A stretch of DNA of 64,000 bases, from the NCBI GenBank assembly GCA_964016885.1, contig OZ024742.1, forward strand, positions 99,138,001-99,202,000. The letters are read 5' to 3'. The notes below the pieces were generated by a model, which had not been told where the DNA came from, did no database searches, and was given only the letters and a program-made list of their open reading frames with translations. Positions 1-11,771 of this stretch are shown piece by piece (position 1 is the first letter of the stretch; each line of letters opens with the position of its first letter). The translations under genes and the position numbers were made by a program. This stretch comes from Eledone cirrhosa. Lineage: Eukaryota.

Positions 1-17
1 AACAATATAATTAATAA

Positions 18-232
18 AGGTTTCTGATTTAGGTGCAACCCCAATAGTTTGGTGGGGAGGAGAAAGTCGATTAAATCGAACCCAGGATGTTATTGAAACT
101 TTATTTTATCAACTTCGTAAGGTTGAAAGATAAAGCTAAGCTCAGCGGGATTTGTACTCACAACGTAAAGAGCCGTACCAGTATGAAGCAAAAGCATTTG
201 TCCAACGCTCTACCGATACTGCCAATCCACAA
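18..232 (-). mobile_element. tRNA-derived SINE copy (Octopus-type, diverged)
   Basis: Reverse-complement match to the SINE at 36187-36345 and 56602-56785 (ctttattttatc, cgggatttgtactc...cgtaaag, cgctctaccgat...gcca). Confidence 0.7.
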
Positions 233-456
233 CACCTACGTAATTAATGTAATTAATAATAAAGGAAATTATTGATTAAGTATAATTTTTTTTAATTTAC
301 TGTTTTCAATTATTAGACTGCGGTCATGCTGTAGCACCGCCTTGTAGTCCGTCATATCGGCTCCTGTTCATATATATTTATAAAAATAAATATATAAAAA
401 TATATATATATATATACGATATTAACAAATGGAAATTATATTTATAAAACGATATC

Positions 457-521
457 TATTTTATTATACATATTTCAAGGATACCATGTTAAATTATGGT
501 ATGCTTTCATCAGACAAAATA
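457..521 (-). ncRNA. Type I hammerhead ribozyme motif in solo PLE pLTR-like fragment
   Basis: Minus strand: UAUUUUGU-CUGAUGA-(aagcauaccau...augguauccuu stem II)-GAAA-UAUGUA-UA-AUAAAAUA; stem I pairs; flanked by (TA)n. Confidence 0.75.
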
Positions 522-593
522 CAAAATATACCAGTTTTATAAATAAATATTGACATACCCTTACAAAATGCAACCGTTACTTTTGGAAGACAT

Positions 594-649
<56 letters not shown>

Positions 650-689
650 GATATGAAATAAATGGAAACTATATTTATAAAACCATATT

Positions 690-754
690 TATTTCATTAT
701 AAATATTTCAGGGATGCCAAATTAAAATATAGTATGCCTTCATCAGACAAAATA
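690..754 (-). ncRNA. Type I hammerhead motif, second diverged copy of the 457-521 family
   Basis: CUGAUGA (tcatcag at 740-746) and GAAA are retained; stems partly degenerate; same flanks as 420-600. Confidence 0.55.
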
Positions 755-822
755 CAATATATAAACAGTTTTATAAATAATGTTGACGTACCCTATTGGA
801 TGCGACCATTATTTTTGGAAGC

Positions 823-922
<100 letters not shown>

Positions 923-1094
923 AGTATATCTACTAACATATGCGTACAGATGTACGCTAATGCTAGCAAATACACAGGTTATGTCATAGTACCTAGGTGG
1001 TTCAATGCAGGAGGATGCAGAACAATAATATAAAAGACGTAAAATAAGAAAATTTAAAAAAATTAAAAAAATTAACTTACTTACTAAAATTTTC

Positions 1095-1176
1095 ACTCCA
1101 ACTAATTAGTTTCTGCAATGGGATAAAGACAGTTACGTAATCTAACTGTCGAGAATTCATTGCGTCATCAGGGAGT
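1095..1176 (-). ncRNA. Type I hammerhead ribozyme (543-bp family, copy 1)
   Basis: Reverse complement of the 2452-2533 motif. Confidence 0.85.
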
Positions 1177-1637
1177 CTATTCTCAGCTAAGTCTCCAGGC
1201 AATGCGCGGACACTGGGGACTCATATAAAAATAATAATAATTCGGTAGATGGAACAGCTAGCGGGGACTGGATTCCATGCACTGAAAAGCTCGCTGTCAC
1301 TGGTCAAATGGCAGATTCTAAAGAATCAATCACGTGACACTGAGGCTAGTCGGTAAGAGTGGGATGGTAAGATGACAGAAGCCTACTATCACACCAATAA
1401 ATTAGTAGTGGTTTTGGCAGGTTTTCTCGACAAATAAGTAATTTGGAGATAAATATAGAGAATTTAGTATATCTACTAACATATGCGTACAGATGTACGC
1501 TAATGCTAGCAAATACACAGGTTATGTCATAGTACCTAGGTGGTTCAATGCAGGAGGATGCAGAACAATAATATAAAAGACGTAAAATAAGAAAATTTTA
1601 AAAAATTTAAAAAATTAACTTACTTACTAAAATTTTC

Positions 1638-1719
1638 ACTCCAACTAATTAGTTTCTGCAATGGGATAAAGACAGTTACGTAATCTAACTGTCGAGAATT
1701 CATTGCGTCATCAGGGAGT
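1638..1719 (-). ncRNA. Type I hammerhead ribozyme (543-bp family, copy 2)
   Basis: Same motif, 543 bp from copy 1. Confidence 0.85.
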
Positions 1720-2451
1720 CTATTCTCAGCTAAGTCTCCAGGAAATGCGCGGACACTGGGGACTCATATAAAAATAATAATAATTCGGTAGTGGAACAGC
1801 TAGCGGGGACTAAATTCCATGCACTGAAAAGCTCGCTGTCACAGGTCAAATGGCAGATTCTAAAGAATCAATCACGTGACACTGAGGCAAATCGGTAGGA
1901 GTGGGATGGTAAGATGACAGAAGCCTACTATCACACCAATAAATTAGTAGTGGTTTTGGCAGGTTTGCTCGACAAATAAGTAATTTGGAGATAAATTTTA
2001 GTAAGTAAGTTAATTTTTTTAATTTTTTAAAATTTTCTTATTTTACGTCTTTTATATTATTGTTCTGCAACCTCCTGCATTGAACCACCTAGGTACTATG
2101 ACATAACCTATGTATTTGCTAGCATTAGCGTACATCTGTACGCATATGTTAGTAGATATACTAAATTCTCTATATTTATCTCCAAATTACTTATTTGTCG
2201 AGCAAACCTGCCAAAACCACTACTAATTTATTGGTGTGATAGTAGGCTTCTGTCATCTTACCATCCCACTCCTACCGTCTAGCCTCAGTGTCACGTGATT
2301 GATTCTTTAGAATCTGCCATTTGACCAGTGACAGCGAGCTTTTCGGTGCATGGAATCCAGTCCCCGCTAGCTGTTCCATCTACCGAATTATTATTATTTT
2401 TATATGAGTCCCCTGTGTCCGCGCATCGCCTGGAGACTTAGCTGAGAATAG

Positions 2452-2533
2452 ACTCCCTGATGACGCAATGAATTCTCGATAGTTAGATTACGTAACTGTC
2501 TTTATCCCATTGCAGAAACTAATTAGTTGGAGT
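2452..2533 (+). ncRNA. Type I hammerhead ribozyme (543-bp family, copy 3)
   Basis: ACUCC-CUGAUGA-cGCAAUG...CAUUGCa-GAAA-CUAAUUAG-UU-GGAGU. Stem I ACUCC/GGAGU; stem II with an inner hairpin; palindromic stem III ACUAAUUAGU; GUU cleavage triplet. Confidence 0.85.
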
Positions 2534-2590
2534 GAAAATTTTAGTAAGTAAGTTAATTTTTTAAATTTTTTTAAATTTTCCTATTTTACG

Positions 2591-2660
<70 letters not shown>

Positions 2661-2813
2661 ATAAATGCTCTGAAATAGCGATATATATGTGAATATAGAC
2701 ATAGAATATTCGAAAATATTCTGTATGTTTATAATAAACATTTTGAAGACCTAATCGCTATAGAATAGAATACGTCACGTATTACAATTAGATTCTCGAT
2801 AAAAGCAAGGGAA

Positions 2814-3786
2814 GTAATCTACGCGTTTCATTCTTGTTAGAAATCATCAGGACTACATATCCAGTGCTTCTATCGAGAATGACACAGCTAGAGACCTATA
2901 GAATACTTAGCTGTGTACAGGAACTGGTTTGAAAGAGCGGTTGCCGGTCCGGCAGAAATTAGAAATTGGAATAAATGCTCTGAAATAGCGATATATATGT
3001 GAATATAGACATAGAATATTCGAAAATATTCTGTATGTTTATAATAAACATTTTGAAGACCTAATCGCTATAGAATAGAATACGTCACGTATTACAATTA
3101 GATTCTCGATAAAAGCAAGGGAAGTAATCTACGCGTTTCATTCTTGTTAGAAATCATCAGGACTACATATCCAGTGCTTCTATCGAGAATGACACAGCTA
3201 GAGACTTATAGAATACTTAGCTGTGTACAGGAACTGGTTTGAAAGAGCGGTTGCCGGTCCGGCAGAAATTAGAAATTGGAATAAATGCTCTGAAATAGCG
3301 ATATATATGTGAATATAGACATAGAATATTCGAAAATATTCTGTATGTTTATAATAAACATTTTGAAGACCTAATCGCTATAGAATAGAATACGTCACGT
3401 ATTACAATTAGATTCTCGATAAAAGCAAGGGAAGTAATCTACGCGTTTCATTCTTGTTAGAAATCATCAGGACTACATATCCAGTGCTTCTATCGAGAAT
3501 GACACAGCTAGAGACTTATAGAATACTTAGCTGTGTACAGGAACTGGTTTGAAAGAGCGGTTGCCGGTCCGGCAGAAATTAGATATTGGAATAAATGCTC
3601 TGAAATAGCGATATATATGTGAATATAGACATAGAATATTCGAAAATATTCTGTATGTTTATAATAAACATTTTGAAGACCTAATCGCTATAGAATAGAA
3701 TACGTCACGTATTACAATTAGATTCTCGATAAAAGCAAGGGAAGTAATCTACGCGTTTCATTCTTGTTAGAAATCATCAGGACTAC
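2814..3786 (-). ncRNA. Four minimal type I hammerheads (2814-2856, 3124-3166, 3434-3476, 3744-3786)
   Basis: Reverse complement of GUAGUC-CUGAUGA-UUUCUAACAAGAAU-GAAA-CGCG-UA-GAUUAC. Confidence 0.88.
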
Positions 3787-4135
3787 ATATCCAGTGCTTC
3801 TATCGAGAATGACACAGCTAGAGACTTATAGAATACTTAGCTGTGTACAGGAACTGGTTTGAAAGAGCGGTTGCCGGTCCGGCAGAAATTAGAAATTGGA
3901 ATAAATGCTCTGAAATAGCGATATATATGTGAATTTCAAAATGTTTATTATAAACATACAGAATATTTTCGAATATTCTATGTCTATATTCACATATATA
4001 TCGCTATTTCAGAGCATTTATTCCAATTTCTAATTTCTGCCGGACCGGCAACCGCTCTTTCAAACCAGTTCCTGTACACAGCTAAGTATTCTATAAGTCT
4101 CTAGCTGTGTCATTCTCGATAGAAGCACTGGATAT

Positions 4136-5108
4136 GTAGTCCTGATGATTTCTAACAAGAATGAAACGCGTAGATTACTTCCCTTGCTTTTATCGAGAAT
4201 CTAATTGTAATACGTGACGTATTCTATTCTATAGCGATTAGGTCTTCAAAATGTTTATTATAAACATACAGAATATTTTCGAATATTCTATGTCTATATT
4301 CACATATATATCGCTATTTCAGAGCATTTATTCCAATTTCTAATTTCTGCCGGACCGGCAACCGCTCTTTCAAACCAGTTCCTGTACACAGCTAAGTATT
4401 CTATAAGTCTCTAGCTGTGTCATTCTCGATAGAAGCACTGGATATGTAGTCCTGATGATTTCTAACAAGAATGAAACGCGTAGATTACTTCCCTTGCTTT
4501 TATCGAGAATCTAATTGTAATACGTGACGTATTCTATTCTATAGCGATTAGGTCTTCAAAATGTTTATTATAAACATACAGAATATTTTCGAATATTCTA
4601 TGTCTATATTCACATATATATCGCTATTTCAGAGCATTTATTCCAATTTCTAATTTCTGCCGGACCGGCAACCGCTCTTTCAAACCAGTTCCTGTACACA
4701 GCTAAGTATTCTATAAGTCTCTAGCTGTGTCATTCTCGATAGAAGCACTGGATATGTAGTCCTGATGATTTCTAACAAGAATGAAACGCGTAGATTACTT
4801 CCCTTGCTTTTATCGAGAATCTAATTGTAATACGTGACGTATTCTATTCTATAGCGATTAGGTCTTCAAAATGTTTATTATAAACATACAGAATATTTTC
4901 GAATATTCTATGTCTATATTCACATATATATCGCTATTTCAGAGCATTTATTCCAATTTCTAATTTCTGCCGGACCGGCAACCGCTCTTTCAAACCAGTT
5001 CCTGTACACAGCTAAGTATTCTATAGGTCTCTAGCTGTGTCATTCTCGATAGAAGCACTGGATATGTAGTCCTGATGATTTCTAACAAGAATGAAACGCG
5101 TAGATTAC
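4136..5108 (+). ncRNA. Four minimal type I hammerheads (4136-4178, 4446-4488, 4756-4798, 5066-5108)
   Basis: Stem I GUAGUC/GAUUAC; core CUGAUGA; stem II UUCU-AACA-AGAA; GAAA; palindromic ACGCGU stem III; GUA cleavage site. Confidence 0.9.
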
Positions 5109-5228
5109 TTCCCTTGCTTTTATCGAGAATCTAATTGTAATACGTGACGTATTCTATTCTATAGCGATTAGGTCTTCAAAATGTTTATTATAAACATACA
5201 GAATATTTTCGAATATTCTATGTCTATA

Positions 5229-5320
<92 letters not shown>

Positions 5321-5676
5321 ATGTTGGAGGTGAGTTTTATTGTAGCACAATAAAGCAATGCAAATATTGGATAAGTAGCAGTCTACAATTTATAGGATTG
5401 CAGTATAAATAATATAAGATTAAAAGATGGTTAAAAGAGTTCCAAGTATTTGCTATTTCTCTCTCTCTATCACTCATTTCTCCTCCTCTCTCATCCTTCC
5501 TTCTTATACTCCTCCCCCACCATCCTTTATTTTCTTTCTTCCTCTTCCTTACCTTTTCCTATCCCACCCCCTCATTTTTTCCCAATCTCATATATCCATT
5601 TTACTTTTATTTTTCATATGTTGATTTAAAACTTCACTGCTCACAAGTGTTTTTTAAGCTTCATATCATGTCTCCC

Positions 5677-5747
5677 TATTTTATCTGATGAGAACGCAGA
5701 TATCATCCCATGATGATATTTGTTTTTGAAATGCTCATAATAAAATA
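5677..5747 (+). ncRNA. Type I hammerhead ribozyme at end of solo pLTR-like segment
   Basis: UAUUUUAU-CUGAUGA-(gcagauaucauc/gaugauauuugu stem II)-GAAA-UGCUCA-UA-AUAAAAUA; perfect 8-bp stem I; (TA)n about 35 bp downstream. Confidence 0.8.
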
Positions 5748-5777
5748 CTTGGAACTCTTTTAACCATCTTTTGATCT

Positions 5778-5834
<57 letters not shown>

Positions 5835-5951
5835 TATACTGAAGTAAAAGATAAGTGAAAATATCCAAGAGTAAGAGCACACAGTCTATAGGTCTATAGG
5901 ACGATTATTATAAATAATTATCTTGAGTACCTGTTTAAGCCACTGTTGTAA

Positions 5952-5995
<44 letters not shown>

Positions 5996-6002
5996 GCACA
6001 CT

Positions 6003-6072
<70 letters not shown>

Positions 6073-6074
6073 CA

Positions 6075-7120
6075 AAACTGTTAATAGGAAAGCTTGTGTT
6101 TACCAAGTTCAGTTGGCCGTCTTTGAAAAGGCTTTCATCAAAGCGTCTATATCGTGCTGAAAAGGAAAATGATATTTTGTATTAAGAGTGGATAGAAATG
6201 TGTGTATGTGCCTAAGTGTGTAAGAGTGTATGTTTATTGTTGTTTATCTGTACGAATATATGGTTGTAAGTCTTTGAACATAACAGACCCTTAGGAAATT
6301 CGAGCGGTGAACTGCGTTCGTTTTTGACAGCAGAAGATTTAGTGGTGACAGTGGTAGGGCCATAGAAACACGCGCGAATGTATGTATGGAAGGGTAAAGA
6401 TACATGAAAGAAATTGTGAAGGGTAGTTGATTCCATTATGGAATCTGGACCTAAAGCAGAAAATCCAATTCTGCTCAGTCATGGTGCACGTGGTCGGTGT
6501 CCCTTGATGCAAAGGGACACCCAGGATTGAGACTTGTAGAGAGGTATTAGGGTAAACATGCCAAACTGTATGTTCCTCAAGTGCTCAGTAAATTGGTCTG
6601 CCAGACGGCGACCTGTGTGTCCGATGTATAAGAATCCGGAAAGAGAATAGACCACGTTGCTGGAAGTGAAGCAGAAAGAGGTCTGGTCACAGAAAGAACC
6701 GTTAATGCCTGTGAGAGTGGTGACGTTGAAAATGAAGGGAAAGGTGTTACAGAGGGGCTAGAACAGTGGCAGGAGCCCGGAAGAGTCCTAGGGGAGTCAG
6801 GGAAGGAATTGCACACCAGAAGGTCATGGTGATTATGGGCGAGCTTAAAGGCGGTGATGGGAGGTTTGAGATAGAATCGGGATGTGAGGACCTTAGAAGA
6901 AAGGGTTGCGGAAGAAAAGGACTACATATCATCGGAGAGGTTGGGTGGTGGCGTGCTAGGTATGTGGGTTGTGTCTGTGAGTGTGAGTGAAACTTTTCAA
7001 GTTACTAAGAATGTGATAAACATCAACAATGGTGTCATGATTGGTAAGGCACCCTCTCAATTATTTCGGCATACCATCTCTACTACAACAACGAAAACAA
7101 CATCCATTTTTGTAGGTGAG
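6075..7120 (-). mobile_element. Decayed Penelope-like element 3' part (GIY-YIG remnant, Neptune-like) with pLTR
   Basis: Minus-strand translation gives LYIGHTGRRLADQFTEH (about 6581-6631), EQNWIFCFRSRFHNGINY (about 6424-6477) and PPITAFK...DLLVCNS...PGSCHC; frameshifted. Confidence 0.65.
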
Positions 7121-7129
7121 GTGAGAACG

Positions 7130-7380
7130 AGTGAATGAGACGGGTGTGGTAAAAAAGAGTGAGTGAAAAGGGTGAGGTTAGAAAGTGTGAGTGAGAAGGG
7201 TGTGGTGAGAGAGAGTGTGATGGGTGGGGTGAGAGAGTGACGGGTGGGGTGCGAAAGAGTGAGTGAGACTGGTGGGGTTAGAAAGAGTGAGTGAGACGGG
7301 TGGTAGTGAGAGAGAATGAGTGAGACTGATGTGGTTAGAAAATGTGAGTGAGAAGCGTGTGGTGATAGAAAGAGATTTTG
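7130..7380. repeat. GTGAGA/GGTG-rich low-complexity minisatellite
   Basis: Imperfect recurring gtgagtgaga...ggtgtggt units. Confidence 0.6.
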
Positions 7381-7399
7381 TGAAGGAAGCGACACTAGT

Positions 7400-7545
7400 A
7401 TGGGGCTGGAAATTTAATTATCAATATCAAAAGAGTGAAGTTACAGTTGACCTCGGTTTGTATTGACATTTGCGTTGAAACCGGGAACTAATACATTGCA
7501 GCCTTCATTCTGTCGTTCTAACATGTCTGACAGTTCACCGCCTTA
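7400..7545 (-). mobile_element. Diverged SINE copy
   Basis: gttgacctcgg...cgttctaac...ctgacagttcaccgcc resembles the SINE 5' part in reverse. Confidence 0.5.
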
Positions 7546-7727
7546 GAAGATGTATTTAGATATAAAAATTTGATATACGTTCTGAGAATTAATCTTGAAA
7601 CAACACACAGGTAAGTGCTAACAAAGGACCGTCTATATGAAAGTTCTAACTGGTAGCAATTGAAGTCAGATTTCCCAGCAAATCAGATCCTAGAGTCTTA
7701 AATAATGAATATATTGGATATTATAAT

Positions 7728-10700
7728 GATTTCATTTATTGGCCACAAGGGCCGACATATAGGGGACAATACAAAAGACAGGGACAGTGGGGTTTTACAG
7801 AAAAATCGAGTAAACAATATGGATAGCAATAACAAAGTAACAATAAAAATACAAGTAAAAGTTCCCCAGTAAGGGGGTGACCACCCACGGTTCGCTCAGG
7901 TACCCCACTAATCCTGAACGACCCGACGCTTCAAGAGCACCCTGGAAGGGCACTCTCTCCTCAAATTTACCCACCTACAGGCGCATGTACAGAGTAGGCC
8001 CACTCACACGGGCCATTCTCGCCACATTCAGCCACCTTTCAGCAAATGTACTGTGGAGCAGCACATCTCTCTCCACCCTCACCTTCCTTTCCAAGTGAAA
8101 CTTGAAAAAGTTGATGAGGAATTGGCCGAAGACAAAAGTATCTGTCTTCAGTCCTTTCAACCTCGTCCACCATACAACCTCTTTCGCTACTGCCACCAGA
8201 CAGAGGAAAATTGCCTCCCCTTCCTGGCCAAAAGGAGGCGGCGGGTCGATCTACACTATGGGCTCGGCCGATAGCCGGATCCGTTCTACACGCGACAACA
8301 GCTGTTCGACATAACTCCACAAGTCTAATGCACGGACACTGGACGAGTGCGTGCATCTCGGGCAGGTCCGTCTGACAGTACTTCCGTGCCTGTAGAGTTT
8401 ATCTCGAGCCGGCGGTGCCCCCCGGTAGCACTGCCAAGCGAGGGATTTTTGGAAATTATCCATCGTCCCCGGCTCGAAAGTCCTCCGGAACAGACTGGTT
8501 AGTTCGACTTCGTCGACACCCAGAGCCTCTCCGAGTGCGTCATCGCACTTTCCTACCACTAATCTTCTATAGAACTCGAGAGTGGAAGTTCCACTGACTG
8601 CATTGCCCGCCTGTTAGAGGGCAGTGAGTGCCCGGCAACATTCCAGATGCCAGTCACCCAGTCTCGGTCTCTTCTTGACCCAGGACTGCAGCTCAGTAAA
8701 AGAGACGAGCTGAGGAAAGGCCCGTCTGACAAACGGTAACCACACCTGTGCACCGTTTAGGCAGAATATCTGGAGATGCCTCAGCCTCAGCGCGTGTCTG
8801 CGCATCATTAGCCACGGCATGCCCATCCCTTCACGTAAAGGGTGCTGGCAGCAGATGGACCGTCTCACCAACCGAACCTGACCCCTCCACAAGAATTTGA
8901 AGAGGAGCCGCTCCAAGATGGCGAGGCGCGAACGGGGGCAAGGGACGACGGTCAGACGGTTATAGATGACGGACGCGATGTACGCGTTCGCCACCTTCAC
9001 CCGACCTTTCAGTGATAGCTTTCTCGCAGCCCATTTCTGGGTGAGACTGGCTACCCTGCCCGTCATCTCGTCCCAATTCTTATCCACCTGGAGGTCTGGC
9101 CCGAACCAAACCCCGAGCAACTTTACCGGTTCGTCCGTCCAACGCCTAACGACGCTGTTGGACGGCATGGACTTGCCTCTCCAGGTGCCGAGTTGCAAGC
9201 CCACCGACTTTTCCGGGTTAAGTTTGGCTCCCATCAACCTTTCATATTCCTCCAATAAGTTGCCGACCACCTCGATTTCTGAGGTGTCCGACACCATCAC
9301 GGTGATGTCGTCCGCATAAGCCGACACAGCCTTTCCGCGTCCCGGTTCGAGCGGGATGCCCTGCAACAGCTCCAGCTTCCTCAGAGTCAATACGTACAGA
9401 AGGGAGGAGAGAGGGCACCCTTGACGGACCGATCGGGAGACCTGAAAAAGTTCCGAGAGGTAGCTATTAATTTTGACCACCGTGCAGGTGCCGCTGTGCA
9501 TTGCAGCGATCCAGCTCCTGAAGACGTGGCCGAAGACACCGACATGAGGACAGCCTCCAGGTACTGATGATCGACCCTATCGAATGCTTTCGATTGATCT
9601 AAATTGATCAGAGCCCCACCGAAGCCAGGTTTACACCCAACCCTCTCTATAATGTATTGCATCAGGTGGACAGTGTCGTGTATGGACCTGGTTGGGATTG
9701 CGCAAGTTTGAGCCTCCCCAACCAAATCTTCGACGACAAGCGCCAACCTCTTCGCTAACACCCTGGCCAAAATTTTAAACTCTATGTTGAGCAGAGTTAT
9801 GGGAGTGAAATTGTCTAATGTGACCCTTTTGTTCTCGTCTTTCCTTATCAGTGTCACAACGCCCCGATTCACAGAACTAGGAATGCTTCCGTTCTGCTGC
9901 CAGTTGCAGTAGAGCGCTTCGAACAGATTGGAGAACAAGTTTGCCACATTTCCGTAAAGCTCGTAGGGCAGACCATCCAAACCGGGTGACTTGCACCTCA
10001 TGCAGCCGACAAGGGCATCCTGAATCTCGGCTGAAGTAATCGGCCTTTCGCAGCGCCCGGTGTCGGTCGTCGAGAGTTGCGACAAGCCATCGAGGTAGGG
10101 ACTGAAGTCCGCCACCGTCTCTGACCCGCCACTACCCCCGACCAACCGAGCAAAATGTTAGCGAAAGGCCTCACACATCCCCTTGGAATCGCTCAGCCCG
10201 TGTTCGTCTCGGTCCGTCAAAGACCGAATCGTGGTTTTATTACCACGCTGCGCCTCTGCCACGCGGGCCCATCGAACAGCTTTGGTTTCCTCGTTTCTCA
10301 GAGCACGCGCCTTAGCTCTGACAATGCAACCTTCGTGTTTCGCATTGAAGAAATGGTTTAATGCCATTCTCGCGGCTAGCAGTTAGTTGCAATGCCACTA
10401 CAAATAGCCTCGTCTAACTTATATACCAACTAACCCTCCTTTCTATTTTTCTCTAACGCTACTTTTTTTGCTAAACTCTATCGACATTACCCTAATCTCT
10501 CTTTTGAGAGCCCCCCAACACCACCACCACCATCTATTGTTGACGACTCCCCCTGTCAACCTTTTCTTAACTAAATTGTTGACCTGGTCCATGTAAGCTT
10601 TACGTGCCGGAAATGACATGTTCAGCTTCCAGTAACAAGGTCCTAACCTACGTGTCTTATCTAGGTCGACCATACAGATCACAAACTTGTGATCTGAATA

Positions 10701-10910
10701 GGCGACCGTTTTAAAACGTAGACAGCTTACACTATTTCTGTCTATTTTCCTAATGAATATCTCGTCTATATACGATCTAGATGACCCTATGCGGTTAGTC
10801 CAGGTCCACGCTGGCGCATTAGGAAAATCTAGTCGGTTACCTGTCAGACAGTTGGAACTGGCTGATCAGGTTCTTGAGGCTTTTGCACCCGCCGCTCCTA
10901 TCGGATACAC
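7728..10910 (-). mobile_element. 5'-truncated, frameshifted L1/Tx1-clade non-LTR retrotransposon (ORF2: APE endonuclease C-terminus, RT, C-terminal region)
   Basis: Motifs SDHKFV...GPCYWKLN, KSPGLDGLPYELY, PITLLNIEFKILARVLA, LDQSKAFDRVDH, SVRQGCPLS, AYADD and CPRC across ORFs 10443-10682, 9387-10145, 8614-9501 and 8251-8559; AATAAA near 7735. Confidence 0.92.
8614..10145 (-). pseudogene. LINE reverse transcriptase domain, broken by frameshift
   Basis: RT motifs split between ORFs 9387-10145 and 8614-9501. Confidence 0.88.
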
Positions 10911-11051
10911 TGCTGCTGCTAATGATAATAATGACAGATCTGCTGAACAAGCAGATACATTTTCGCATATCCCTAAAATCATACATACACACGACACTGA
11001 AAGAAAGTCAGAAAAAGAGGTGTCAGTAATAAAAAGATTAGGTGGTATATG

Positions 11052-11084
<33 letters not shown>

Positions 11085-11133
11085 ATATATATATATATAT
11101 ATATAGACACCATAATGCAGATAACTATAATAA

Positions 11134-11314
11134 TTGTTTCAACTTTCGGCACAAGGCCAGCAATTACCCAGTACATTACTGGTACTTTATTTTATCGACC
11201 TCGTAAGGATGAAAGGCAAAGTTAACCTTGGAGGGATTTGTACTCAGATCGTAAAGGGACGTAACTATGCTGGAAATCATGTCCAACCCTCTACCAATTC
11301 TGCCAATCCACCGC
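11134..11314 (-). mobile_element. tRNA-derived SINE copy
   Basis: ggcacaaggccagcaatt...ctggtactttattttatcgacc...ggatgaaaggcaaagt...gggatttgtactcag. Confidence 0.8.
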
Positions 11315-11319
11315 AAAGA

Positions 11320-11565
11320 GTTAAACAATATTCAATGAATATATCAAAGAAGGAGTTTTACAGTAGATTGGAAGCACTCTATGAAAAATAATTTTCCAGA
11401 GTTATTAATATTAAAATACAAATATTAATAAAATAGATGTTCTTTTTATCAATTACATTTTATTATACATATTTCAGATGTACAACAGTACGTCCTCATC
11501 AGACAAAATATAATGATACATGACATACCCTGAGATGTTATAAGGTTAAGATTTAATCAAGGTAG
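11320..11565 (-). mobile_element. Solo pLTR of the 61657-64000 PLE family, with hammerhead at 11457-11509
   Basis: Aligns to about 63738-63982; AUUUUGU-CUGAUGA-GGACGUAC-UGUU-GUACAUCU-GAAA-UAUGUA-UA-AUAAAAU; ends at (TA)n. Confidence 0.85.
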
Positions 11566-11570
11566 TATAT

Positions 11571-11658
<88 letters not shown>

Positions 11659-11771
11659 TATATACATGATATATACACACACACACATACACACACACAC
11701 ACACACATATATATATATGTGTATCTCGCTTTCTCCCCTCTCTCTTTATATATATATATATATATATATAC

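Larger units (their letters stand above)
2655..5232. mobile_element. Retrozyme-like 310-bp tandem array forming a ~2.5-kb palindrome (4+ units per arm)
   Basis: ataaatgctc recurs at 2661, 2971, 3281, 3591 and 3901 (period 310); 3988-5232 is the reverse complement of 2690-3934; no ORF; both ends in (TA)n. Confidence 0.95.

Noticed and set aside
2655-5232. CRISPR array or plain satellite DNA
   Set aside because: Whole units are identical with no unique spacers, and the context is eukaryotic. The HHR core and (TA)n junctions point to a retroelement origin.
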